The position numbers and the translations under genes are program-made. A stretch of DNA of 38,370 nt from Catajapyx aquilonaris. Taxonomy: Eukaryota. The notes beneath the pieces were generated by a model. That model worked only from the letters and a program-made list of their open reading frames with translations. It made no database searches and was not told the DNA's origin. Shown here one piece after another: positions 25,701 through 35,372 of this stretch. The stretch covers positions 1 through 38,370 of the forward strand of contig KZ538974.1 in the NCBI GenBank assembly GCA_000934665.2, given 5' to 3'. The first letter of the stretch is position 1. Each line of letters begins with the position of its first letter.

Positions 25701-28700
25701 GGGTGCTTGTTACGACATCACTTAAAATTTTACGACGGCGTAATTTACTCACGAATGCAAATGACTTTTTACAATACTACATTAAGAATATGGGAAAAGT
25801 ACATCACACGTGTAAGAGAGAGGTCAGTTACACTTACACCAAAAAAAAAATCGGTTCTGCTGTTGTTAGTTAGCGAGAACTTTACTCCTAAATTCTCTTT
25901 ATCCCCCCCTTAACCCTGAGTGTTAAGAGACAAGAAAAAAAGAAGGCTGCACGAAAATAACAAAATTCATAATGAACTGTCTACCTAAATACACTCTTGT
26001 TGAATAAGGCATTTGTTATGTTGATGCTTTACCTATTTTGATGTGATTAATAATGGACACAGATCCCATTGAGCTGCCTTGATAGCATTTACCAAAAGTT
26101 TGGATTTTTAGGTCTTTTGTGGGGAGCAAAATATAGCAATTAGGCTGAAGTTATTTCTTTCTTGAGTCTTGATTGAAAATAATTTTTACAAATATTAGAT
26201 AATATTCATAAACACATATTGATAAGGGTTTACTCAATGTGGCATTCTATTTGCTAAAATTGAACTTTTGTGAGAAAAAGACTAATGGCAGTTTCATCCA
26301 ACTGGTTGTACTGCTGGAATAAGTAATCCCTTGATAGTGTGCGTTTCTGAATACAGTAGACTCAGGATATAACAGACTTCAAGGGCCAGGGGAAGTTATA
26401 CCCAAATACACAGGCCATGTATGGAAGCAGCCCCCGGACACTTATACTACATTCTGATGTTATCGCCTGCAGAGGCATTTTGCAGGGGCTGCTCACCTGA
26501 GAGCGCCATGAGACATTTCAGAGCCCAGGTAAGTATAGCGACCCTACCGGATTAGGCTGAACTTTATAGGTACAAATGGGAAGCGCTACATGTGGGCCGA
26601 AAATGGCCGCCGGCGACCATGTTGGGTCCCCCAATGTAGCGCTTCCCTTTTGTACCTATAAAGTTCAGCCTAGTCCGGTAGGGTCGCCACTTACCTGGGC
26701 TCTGAAATGTCTCATGGCACTCTCAGGTGAGCACCTTCTGCAAAACGCCCTGGCAGGGGGTGGGTGTGAGTGACCAGACCTGAGTATTCTTAGATCATGT
26801 ATGGAAGTATGGCAGGACCAGCCTTTCAAGTCTGCTAACTGAGAATCTGTTATAGCTGAAGCTGTTATATCTGGACTCAACTGGATTACCTATTCACTGT
26901 ATCATTATAGAACCATGAAAGGACCCCTTTCATGATTTGAATATGCTCTGTGAATGAGTAATTTTTAGTGGAAGTTGTTCCATACGGTAATAGATGAAAG
27001 AGTGAAACTGAATTTATCAATATCTGTTTTCGGAGTTGTGAAAACTTGTGAAACTTGTGAATTTGCAGTTTCCTCATGTGTGAAAGGGTCACAGAAAGTG
27101 CGGGGAACTTCATAATTTAGGAACAACTTCTACTGAAAATTATCAATAAACAGACAAATTAATTCTTCATGGTATCCTTTACCCTCTTTTTTATGTATCT
27201 ATGCTGATTACTTTTAAATAAGCTTTAGGCCCCTAGTCTGATGACCCCGGGTAAGCTATCCCGCGGGCAATCACCATGGCAACATATGTAAAAGGATAGC
27301 AGTAAACAACCCCAGGGGGCAAGCTACCCGGGGTCACCAGACTATATACCTTAAAATGATTACCAAGTTACTGTGTTTGTATTATCGTGGTTGCATTCCT
27401 TGCTGTTAATTACAGTTGTTTGTTGTATTCCAGACTTGTTCTCAATGCCAGGTGAGACGCAAGTGCACAAAGAGCTTCTCGATTCACAAGTTCCCCAAGA
27501 TTCTCGTACTTCGTATCCTTTTGTGATGTTAAACAGGAATGGCATTTTTCATTTCGAAGGATTTGAGGAAGTTATGGAATTGTGTGCAAAAATAATTGTT
27601 TTATTTCATATGGCAGATTGCCATAATCACAGGTTTTCATAATGTCATTGATATTGTTGCATCTTGTGGCATGGATGTTCATAATAATTGACAAGATGCT
27701 AAAAAGGTATTGGATGGAAGGGCAATGACATGTGGAAGTAATCAAACATTTGGGTTCCAACTTTGGCCTATGTGCTACGTCCTGCGGTGAGTCACTTTAG
27801 GTGTGTAGGATGGAGCGTCTTCTGCACGGTCACAGTAACAAGACCTTATGAGAAGGATATTTTAAAAGCATCACAGAGTTCTCATTCACATTATTTCCAC
27901 CCTGCATAGCACACAAGTTATCCATTACAACTTGCCTCTAGTAGAAGGTAGTGTTTTGGTGGTGCAGGCAGATTATGGAACTTTGTGAACTCTTGGTGTT
28001 CTTTTCCTTAACTTCTCCCACCAGACCTCAAACGCTTTTCCCCAAATGAGCGCTACAGGGGCAAGCTCAACACAACTGTGGACTTCCCCCTAACAGGCCT
28101 TGACCTGAGTCCATATGCAGCCACAAGGAGCCAGGGCTGCATGTACGACTTGTACGGCATGGCAAACCACTCCGGTACTACGTACTCTGGTCATTATACA
28201 GCTTACTGCAAGCACCCCTACTCAAATGAGTGGCATGAATACAATGATGCCAGGTAGGTTCAGCAGATAGAATTGAACAGTTGAACATTCCCAGTAATAG
28301 GGTAAAGATGGTTTCATATGTTGTCACTGCATTACATTTTTTAAATTTATTTATTTTTATTTATTTTTATTTTTAAATACCCTGTGCTAGGGCCGAAAGG
28401 CCCTATCAGGGGGGTGGGAATACTACCATATTTGGAACCATGTGTATAATTTACAATTATTTAGTTGGTCCACGATTAGGATAAGTAGGAGGGGATGTGC
28501 AAAGTGCAAGTGTAATGTCGTAGCTTGGTCATTTTGTGAACTCCCCCGGGTGGATTAGTCGAGCAGAAATTTCCACCCGAGACAAAGCCAGAGATGGCCC
28601 AACTCTGCACGAGATGAAGGGGGGAACCCCGGGTTGGGTTCGAACCCGTGACCTTAACATCCGTGGGCGCGTGCGTTACCGCAGCCTTTGCTGTGATGGA

Positions 28701-31700
28701 TTTTGATAGTGGGAGGAAACGGGAGAACCCCGAGAAAACCCACGCAAACACGGAGAGAACCCATCGAAACTCTATCCACATAAGCATCCTCTGTCCGATC
28801 CGGGGATCGAAACTTGGGACCTTAGAGGTGGAAGGCTGTGGCTCTAACTACTTCGCCACCGTGCCGCCCTTATTTTCTTGCCAAAATTTGTAGTAGGAGT
28901 GATATTAATGAAAAACAATATGCTCCAATATTTATCATTTTAACTCATTGTGGTCCTTTTGACTGTAAAATACCGAAAAAAATCATATACAGGGTGTGCC
29001 AGAATAAAAATTACATTGCAATTAACTTTCGAAATTTAATTAAGTTTAAAGTCACTATATGTTGTTACTATGTTTACATAATAATACTAAAACACTGTAT
29101 TATGAGAAATTCCTAAGAGTCCAGACTTACGGGACACCCTGTTATGATACCGCAGGAGGGGGTATGATTAGCTCACGCTGGGTGGCGGAATAACTGATTA
29201 TCATATGCCATGGTAGATGAGCCCCCTTCCACGAGGTGGTAGGAGCAGTTTGAGCCTCAAACTGCGTCATTTCTGTCTAAACTTGAGCGCACCCAGTTCA
29301 AAAACCAGCAGGACATCATATGATGTCCTTAGGCCTCAAAGGGTTAAGTTCACATCAATCCTAATTTACAATTATTAGAAGTGGTATACTTTTCCTAAGT
29401 ATATGGTGCATGCACATAACACCAAGAGCATAAGTGTGAGACACAATCTTGAAATTATTTTGGGAATATGGGATTATTACCATATTACCTCACTTCCTCA
29501 CTTAATTGCGGCATGCCAGCGTAGGCGAGGTTGACCAGTTTTTCGAAATGCTCGATCTGGTGGCTATACCGGCATTCCAGTCTGGGAGGTATGCCGGTAT
29601 AAGGCGAGGTTTTCTTACGATCTCTATAAAAATTATTATTACTCGAAGGAATGCATTACACCATGTTCTACAGTACGGATACAGCCCAGGACACTTCTAT
29701 CAGCTGACACATCCCATAAGATCGTTTGTTAAGTTCAAATTTTACAGCAACATTTTCAATTAAAAGAGCAAGGCTGCTAGAAGGGAAGCATACCTACCAG
29801 GATATTTCATACGTTTGGTTTGGATTTTATCTGAGTTGACGAGGCTTCTCAGACAAATTGATACCACTACGCAAAGAGATCCTCTGATTATCAACAAGAT
29901 CTGCGACCACTGAACTATTGATAGCAAAATGAAGGACTGAAGGAATTTGCTTTGATCCTTTTCAGATCCTTTGTCATGTTTAGGGGGGTTCCCCTCTCAG
30001 AGCAGGCTGACAGTCGGATTGGTCACTCTCTATGCCCTGTGCAACAGATGAACTCGAATTCTCACAGCCCTGTACTCGTACATTTTTCACCGTAACATTA
30101 TGTTAGTACAATATCAGATGCATTCCAAAATATTTGACAAGGATCAAAATTATGGAAATCTGCCGCGGGTATTGCGGCATGCTGGTCACCCCCGGTTATA
30201 CCGCCAATACCGGCATGGTGGTTGACCTCGTTTTATACCAGCATGCCGCAATAAGTGAGGTAATACGGTATAAGGAATGTAATAATTCAATCATGGAATA
30301 ATTACATACATGCAATGGAAGAGCAAAAATGCCCAAAATGTCACTTCCAGTCGTCTGTGTTCAATCAGGGCCACCTAGAGACAAGGCCGGGGCGCGGGAA
30401 CGGGTGGATCGCTGTGACGTCACGATTGGGGGCTAGCTTTTCCATAAGCGGGCTATGGCGGGAGCACGTTTTTGTACACATTTCAGCGAATTTCGTCATA
30501 CCAATGCATCGGAGGCCCATGACACCCTCTAATTGATGTCAGGGAAATAATGTGGAGATTCCAACGACACCAAATTCGATTTAGTATGTGTGCAATGTGT
30601 CTGCATATTCGGCGATATATAAGACGAAGGATGTCAGGCATGAGGAAGAAGTGCAGGAATAATTAATAACAATGGGGTTTTAAATTATAAAGTATTAATG
30701 TTAATATTATTTCATATTTCCTATTTTGCGGAAAGAGTCCAAACGTAACATGCAAGTTATACTCATAAGCATTGAAACAAAATTAGCACATTACACAACA
30801 TAATACCATTTAGCTCTTGATAATTACATACAGTACATACACAACACTTGTAGACCAATTGTACAACAATTTTGTAGACCAGTGTTATCTAAATCAGAGT
30901 GGATAATTTCGAGGGAATAAGTGATTGACATCTGGACGAAGGACAGCTGGGTTCTCCCCCACCATTTACTACTGTCAAACAAAAACATGTGCGATTTTTT
31001 CACATCGTTGGAATCACCAAATCATTCCCCAGATATCAATTAGAGGGTGTTATGATCCTCCGATGCATTGGCATGAAAATAATAGAGAAAACGTGTACAA
31101 AAATGTGCTCCCGCCATAGTCCGCTTACGGAGGAGCTCGCCCCCTAGCGTGACGTCATGATTCCGGCGCCCGGGCCTTGTCTCTAGGTGGCCCTGGTTCA
31201 ATAGTGAATGCAGCAGCCAAGTGAATGTTGGGGAGTGGGAGGGGTACCTTCACATGGTCAATCATGGATCTCACAGTCCAGCCAGCCATACAACATCTAG
31301 GTCATTATCAAAACCAGTCTATCAACATCAGTACGAATCCTTCAGAAAACATGAAATTCCGATTGAGTGAGTATTTTCATGGTCCAGCGGTGACCTTCCT
31401 CAATGGAAGATGGACCTGAGGTGAAAATATTCCATATATTGGAAATAGGAATTTAGCTTTGAGTTGATGCCTGTAACAAGGAATTAACACATTTTGACAA
31501 CATGAGACAGCCTGGTTTTGATAATGACCTTCTCATATATTTATTAGCTAATCTACATTGTCCAAGGACAAAATAGTGTGATCATTTGACAATTTGGTAC
31601 TTTTTTTCAACTTCCATTTGCATCAAATTCAACACATTATGTGCATTGGTTGCAGCTATGTGACATATTGCTTTCTTTAGATTGAAAGGATATGGAGCAA

Positions 31701-32007
31701 TTGCACAGACCAATCATGTTAGTAGAGTATTTTTATGGGAGATCTGTTGCTCAGTAATGATGTGCATTTACTATTAACCTGTCAAAACTAATAACAGATA
31801 CCGCAGTTCAGGGTAGTTCGACAAACTCCCATCACTTAGCTACTGATTATTATTGCTACTTCAATGTTGTAGAGTTCCACCAGCACTGACAATATTAATT
31901 TAATTTTTTTTACTTCCAGGGTTAGCAGCCTCTCACCGAGGAATGTGGTTACCAGCGAGGCATACCTCCTTTTTTATGAGCTAGTAGGGCACAGCTCACA
32001 CCTGTGA
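7355..32007 (+). CDS. USP2: Ubiquitin carboxyl-terminal hydrolase 2-like deubiquitinase (peptidase C19), whole spliced CDS, about 808 aa from 8 core exons
   Basis: Joined exons give the Cys box [29 protein letters not shown], the finger-domain CxxC pairs (CTSC, CSQC), ILVLHLKRF, the His box [20 protein letters not shown] and a terminal AYLLFYEL. All introns are GT-AG with matching phases. An uninterrupted catalytic domain behind a long low-complexity N-terminus fits the USP2/USP21 clade. Confidence 0.9.
9863..9970. mobile_element. Degenerate palindromic Tc1/mariner-type MITE; related end fragment at about 6143-6220
   Basis: TACAGGGTGA(T/C)CC(G/A)AAAGTATG at both 6141 and 9861; internal hairpin GTATTGTTGGTTGGCAAT/ATTGCCAACCAACAATAC. 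Confidence 0.6.
10238..11159 (+). CDS. USP2: USP2 coding exon 2, disordered Ser/Thr/Arg-rich region with acidic and poly-Ser tracts
   Basis: Acceptor attctag|G gives the phase required by the previous exon. The sequence is GC-rich and open (track ORF 10197-11210). Donor AAT|gtgagt at 11159/11160 is phase 0. Confidence 0.8.
11622..11888 (+). CDS. Candidate alternative exon (phase 0-0, 89 codons; or first exon from ATG 11685) encoding a transmembrane-like helix
   Basis: Acceptor cctctccccatttag|TTC, open frame FPASEK...[35 protein letters not shown], donor AAG|gtaaga falling on a codon boundary. Confidence 0.5.
12400..13791 (+). CDS. Candidate cassette exon (phase 0-0, 464 codons) largely encoded by a minisatellite
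   Basis: Strong acceptor ccttctccctttttcctag|ACG, in frame with track ORF 12625-13809 and free of stops. Consensus donor GAA|gtaagt at 13791/13792 falls on a codon boundary. Confidence 0.65.
12420..13620. repeat. GC-rich compound minisatellite with 72-bp and 81-bp units built from degenerate 9-bp subunits
   Basis: ATGACTTCCTGGAAAACCCAG recurs at 12625, 12697, 12769, 12841 and 12913 (72-bp period). Downstream units translate as [31 protein letters not shown] 27-mers. Confidence 0.95.
16343..16480 (+). CDS. Candidate alternative first coding exon (46 codons, Arg/Gly-rich) for a short USP2 isoform
   Basis: ATG 16343 opens [14 protein letters not shown]...KRRLSVSGQ, ending at CAG|gtgaga in phase 0 and compatible with exon 19059. 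It lies in a GC/CpG-rich patch with upstream CRE and E-box motifs. Confidence 0.45.
18113..18544. mobile_element. Tc1/mariner-type MITE with long imperfect TIRs
   Basis: TA|CAGGGTGCGGAAATTTAATCTACC...GGTAGATTAAATTTCAGCACCTTG|TA; imperfect complementarity extends about 110 bp. Confidence 0.85.
19059..19166 (+). CDS. USP2: USP2 exon: [10 protein letters not shown]...[12 protein letters not shown] (first half of Cys box)
   Basis: Branch-like tactaat near 19030, acceptor tttag|GAT, donor ACA|gtgagt. Too short to appear in the ORF track. Confidence 0.93.
19245..19371 (+). CDS. USP2: USP2 exon: [13 protein letters not shown]...MKGALIK (catalytic Cys is the first codon)
   Basis: Acceptor ttgcag|TGC after a 78-bp intron; donor G|gtgagg is phase 1. 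Confidence 0.95.
20300..21209. mobile_element. Non-autonomous DNA transposon with near-perfect TIRs of about 230 bp, superfamily unassigned
   Basis: ACAAGGGAAGGTCACGGGGTGA...TCACCCCGTGACCTTCCCTTGT; arms about 20300-20531 and 20978-21209. Confidence 0.92.
21367..21839 (+). CDS. USP2: USP2 exon: (A)FGDMIRELW...[12 protein letters not shown]...CTSC...[10 protein letters not shown]
   Basis: Acceptor tttttcacag|CA; matches track ORF 21378-21863; donor CCA|gtgagt is phase 0. Confidence 0.97.
22523..23664. mobile_element. piggyBac-like non-autonomous element
   Basis: TTAA|CCCT...AGGG|TTAA, with asymmetrically spaced subterminal inverted repeats (TCTTTTTGTGACCA / TGGTCACAAAAAGA). Confidence 0.75.
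22945..23459. mobile_element. PIF/Harbinger-like MITE nested in the piggyBac-like element
   Basis: TTA|AGGCCGGTTGCACCAGTCGCGGTATATGGAA...TTCCATATACCGTGACTGGTGCAACCGGTCC|TTA. Confidence 0.85.
23890..24761. mobile_element. Rearranged mariner-derived element with transposase remnants
   Basis: TA|CAAGGGCAAAT...ATTTGCCCTCG|TA. The minus strand encodes [24 protein letters not shown] (mariner N-terminal HTH-like). The plus strand encodes [32 protein letters not shown] (YSPDLAPSD-like) and [12 protein letters not shown]...YVEI (C-terminus-like). Confidence 0.85.
23975..24136. mobile_element. 162-bp palindromic Tc1-like MITE nested in the left arm of the mariner remnant
   Basis: TA|CAGTGCTGGCCATATATCGA...TCGATATATGGCCAGCACTG|TA with arms of about 65 bp. 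Confidence 0.88.
24855..25392. mobile_element. pogo/Tigger-like MITE
   Basis: TA|CAGTGGGACCCACTTATTTGG...CCAATAAAGTGGGTCGCACTG|TA. Confidence 0.75.
25411..25481 (+). mobile_element. Possible degenerate tRNA-derived SINE head
   Basis: A-box-like TAGCGGTCTGGATTAAGGCG and B-box-like GAGTTCCAACTC at tRNA-like spacing. Confidence 0.25.
26354..26883. mobile_element. pogo/Tigger-like MITE containing a palindrome of about 290 bp (26466-26757)
   Basis: TA|CAGTAGACTCAGGATATAACAG...CTGTTATATCTGGACTCAACTG (right TA not conserved). Internal arms such as GAGACATTTCAGAGCCCAGGTAAGT / ACTTACCTGGGCTCTGAAATGTCTC. Confidence 0.75.
27228..27350. mobile_element. 123-bp Harbinger-like mini-MITE
   Basis: TTA flanks on both sides; TAGTCTGATGACCCCGGGTA / TACCCGGGGTCACCAGACTA inverted repeat. 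Confidence 0.65.
27434..27512 (+). CDS. USP2: USP2 exon: [26 protein letters not shown](H)
   Basis: Acceptor ttgtattccag|ACT; carries the second CxxC; ends at the U12-type donor C|GTATCCTTT in phase 1. Confidence 0.95.
27513..28024 (+). other. U12-type (minor spliceosome) GT-AG intron, 512 bp
   Basis: 5' site GTATCCTTTT; branch sequence TTTTCCTTAAC at 28002-28012, 12 nt before the intron end; splicing restores the conserved LVLH-LKRF motif. Confidence 0.92.
28025..28253 (+). CDS. USP2: USP2 exon: (H)[14 protein letters not shown]...[29 protein letters not shown](R), His box
   Basis: Open frame with the catalytic His and the ND motif; donor AG|gtaggt is phase 2. Confidence 0.97.
28346..28685 (-). 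mobile_element. Second tRNA-like SINE head plus LINE-like 3' tail (stem-loop and (TAAA)n)
   Basis: Minus strand has the B box GGTTCGAACCC near 28636-28646, hairpin TAGGGCC-4nt-GGCCCTA at 28388-28405, then an A-rich TAAA tail at 28346-28374. Confidence 0.5.
28700..28869 (-). mobile_element. tRNA-derived SINE with a V-domain-like core
   Basis: Minus strand starts GGGCGGCACGGTGGCGAAGTAGTTAG (A box), then GTTTCGATCCCC (B-box-like), then GTTCTCTCCGTGTTTGCGTGGGTTTTCTCGGGGTTCTCCCGTTTCCTCCCAC, which resembles the V-SINE central domain as I recall it. Confidence 0.75.
28990..29141. mobile_element. Short degenerate Tc1/mariner-type MITE
   Basis: TA|CAGGGTGTGCC...GGGACACCCTG. Confidence 0.5.
29480..30268. 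mobile_element. pogo/Tigger-like MITE, copy 1 of a family present twice
   Basis: TA|CCATATTACCTCAC...GTGAGGTAATACGG|TA; shares both ends and internal sequence with 36157-36705. Confidence 0.85.
30366..31195. mobile_element. MITE with TIRs of about 200 bp and 7-bp TSD GTTCAAT (P-element-like)
   Basis: GTTCAAT|CAGGGCCACCTAGAGACAAGGCC...GGCCTTGTCTCTAGGTGGCCCTG|GTTCAAT. Confidence 0.88.
31920..32007 (+). CDS. USP2: USP2 last coding exon: [28 protein letters not shown]
   Basis: Acceptor ttttttacttccag|G; terminal AYLLFY motif; TGA at 32005-32007. Confidence 0.95.
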
Positions 32008-33362
32008 AGTGCTTGATACTCCCGGATGCGTTCCTGCCACGGTTTTGTTGACATCACATCTTTGCATTCATTTTCGACCCTCTTAGAGCAAAAAGCAAAA
32101 AAAGACTCTAACAGCCTGGCAAGGATTTATTTTTTTGAATCATTTTTTTACCCTAAGCTAAGGAAAAGTTATATAAAAAATAGCACCAAAGACTGTTGCA
32201 GTCAGCTATTTAAAAAAATACACGTGAACAGATTTACAGATTAATATGTCATCTTGGGTTTTACTGATCATGACATGAAGAGTCTCACACTCATTACATG
32301 CTCTACATACACTACATGTGGAATGCCTCGTCGCTTTTTATCATTATTATTATTATTAAGATGTATTGCAGCTTTCGTCCCTGCCTACAAATCCTTCCCT
32401 CAAAATAGCTACTGTGTAGCTACATTTTTAGTGTATCTCATAAAATCGCCTTTTTCGTTGTGTACAAGGGAGATTTTCTTAGGGTGTAGGGGGGTTGCCA
32501 GCCATGACAGGCTAAATCTATATCCCATTGCCCAGTGAAAGAAATCTCGCTCCCTCATATTCAGCTGTGATCTGTGCAGCTGAGGAAGGAGGCTGGGTGG
32601 GGATTGGTTGAGTGGGTAGCGGGGGATTAGGGAACTACTGCACTTCTAAGAAAAATCTTCCTTCACATGTGTAGCTTTTTTTATTAGGAGTACAGTAATC
32701 CTGTTTTACTGGTGTATAGTCAGGGGACAAAGTATGAGATTTAAATGACAGCTCAATTTGGATTTAAGACCACCATTCCAATATTTGGAAGTGAAGACAG
32801 TTTAATTTTTTGTAGCATTAGAAAAGATTAACAGTCATAAAAGAAAGAAAAAACTTAACACTGGTAACTTCAGAATGGCTGGCCATTCGTTGAGGATTAC
32901 TGTAACTGTTATGTTTTTCTTCTAATGTAACATTGAAGAATGCTGGTGGTGAGGAGGTTAGTGTTACGTCCATTTTTAGGATTGCAGTGCCATAGATGAA
33001 GAGAAATCAAGTCCAGTGCGATTCAAATCATGTCTGGTGCCTATAAGATTTTTTTTCCTCTCTAAGTATACCACACCTTCCCCCAACCCGTCATCACCTA
33101 ATGTTTACTGTACTAGCGTTTAATGGACAGAGAGAAGGGATAGATGTGTAATTATTGTACACAAAGTACACAATGTGTAAAATACTTGCAAAATATATAT
33201 ATATCTATATATATACCAATATTAATATATTTCTTAAAATGCACCTAGTTTGACAGAAAACTTGGGCTGTTGACTCAACATTAAAAAAAAAGTGTGCAGG
33301 TGCTTTTGTTGCACTATATTGAAGAATTTTATATAGGTGTTACTCTGTTGTTATACAAGTCA

Positions 33363-33368
33363 AATAAA
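33363..33368 (+). terminator. Probable polyadenylation signal (3' UTR of about 1.4 kb)
   Basis: AATAAA followed by T/GT-rich sequence near 33397-33410, at the end of an AT-rich UTR-like stretch. Confidence 0.5.
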
Positions 33369-34740
33369 CATACAGGTGGATTAGACACTAATAACATTTT
33401 TGTTATATTAATAGGATGCATGTGAATAGCATGGAGTCATTCCCGGGAAAGTTTTAAACCAAGCTTGACTGTGCATGTGTGACTGCTGTAACTGGAAAAT
33501 GACCTAATATTTTTTTTGCAATGAATTGGTACAGACAGCGGAAGGATTTTCATATCGGCTGACCGGATTTGGGAGGGGTACGCTGTACCCACATAACCCA
33601 TGACCTAACTTTCCTTCCTGGCGGATACAGACCTATTTTCAGCAGATACAAGCCTAGGAAAGTAGGTAAAAGTGCTGTGTCAGCCTATATGAATGTGTAG
33701 CCCAGACAGCATAACTGGATTTTGCAACTGCAGGGTGGGCGGAAAGTTTCTCCCCTCTTATGAATGAGCACTGACAATAAATTAAACAAAATACATTCAA
33801 TTTTACATCTTCAAATTGATCTGGATAGGTTTGTGGACATTTCTGCACAGTTTCAGTATTTTGTGTGCCACCCATTATTTTCAAGGCACATCTGAACATG
33901 CAGAAAAATACTGCTTGCGAGCATGGCAGCTTCCTCATGGGTAATCCCCCCTTTCCTCTTACACATTTTCGATGAGCTGCTCCCTGTTTCTTGGCCTGAG
34001 CTCTTTGAATGTACTATTTTGCAGCCTTGCCCACAGATGCTCGATATTGTTGCACACAAAACAGTGGCACACTTTAGACACAGAACTAGATTTCATGTAA
34101 CACACAAAAACGTGTCGGGGAAATTTCGTCAATGCGTTTTGTGTCAAATGACACAAAACTGTGTGCCATTTCACATGACACACTGCATATCACAATTCTG
34201 TTCTCTCCAAAGACATGCCAGAACGTAGTGTCACGAAAGATGGAAGGATGACACATATGTGTGTTGCAAGGCACACATTTTGTACTTTCTGCGGCAGTGT
34301 ATGTGCCATACAACTCGTACTTTCGGTTCGTATTTGAGATGACACGTTTTTGTTGTGTCCAAAAGTTTTCTGTGTAGTGGTAGGCTCGCAGAGACTGCAT
34401 TCTTCCTACGCCAATGTTTATAGTGCAGCTTATTGACAACACCACTTCTGATTTTGTGAGGGGTTAAGAAATGAACTTGGGGGGAAATGGTGGGTGGGAA
34501 TGTGGAGCGGAAGGGACTAGTAGTATTTAGTAATTTAGTATAGTAGTAGTGTATAGTTTAGTATTAGTAGTAGTGTAGCATTTAGAACTCCATAACTGAT
34601 CACAACAACACAATGAGTGAACTAACAGTAAGGGGAGGAGGGGAGATACTTTCTGTCCACCATGTACTGTACATGGTGTTCCTAGTATGAGGGCCACTTT
34701 AGTTATGGGAGTGTTCCCTCGAAACTGCTGTTTATTTTTA

Positions 34741-34807
<67 letters not shown>
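34741..34807. repeat. (TAT)n microsatellite, about 22 units
   Basis: Perfect trinucleotide run. Confidence 0.98.
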
Positions 34808-35372
34808 TTGCTTGTTGGAAAAACACACTAAATCCCCGCAGTATTATATTCTTGGTCCCTCTATCTATATGATAACAATGACTAAAAACGACCCTGACAC
34901 TTTGAATACCAGGTGTGTGTTCCAAATTTTTTTGACACTTAAAAGAGCTAGCTCATGCATCACATCTTATTATGTAATTTTCCACACTACTGTTACAGAA
35001 ATTACTTGGTGACTTGGTATACAGGAAGTTGCAAAATTGACACACTTCCTCTTGGATTGAGAATCCATGTCACTCTAATTCATTTAGGTAACTTTGGGTC
35101 AATTTCAATAATCATATTAAGTTCAGGTTCTTTAAACATGGTGGTAAGATACTTTGTTATCCTGAGCATTAAGCAACCCCTCCCTTCCTCCCCCAAATAC
35201 CCCATTGCATGGGTTGCTTGATGCCACACTTGATGCACAGGATTATCCCTAGCACCAGTGTGTGTAATGAAATGAAATATCTCCATAATGAAGTTAAAAT
35301 CACTACAATCAACCATGGCCATTTTGACATGGAGTATTGCAAAGAACTTTGGTGTGAGAGGACATACCTGGT

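Noticed and set aside
28388..28405. Hammerhead ribozyme (GGCCGAAAGGCC resembles a stem II)
   Set aside because: The flanking CTGATGA and GAAA core nucleotides are absent; it is better read as a retroelement 3' stem-loop.
28620..28869. Functional tRNA genes
   Set aside because: The boxes are degenerate, I see no complete cloverleaf, and they run into SINE-type body sequence.
34687..34872. Poly-Tyr ORF
   Set aside because: Translation of the (TAT)n microsatellite.
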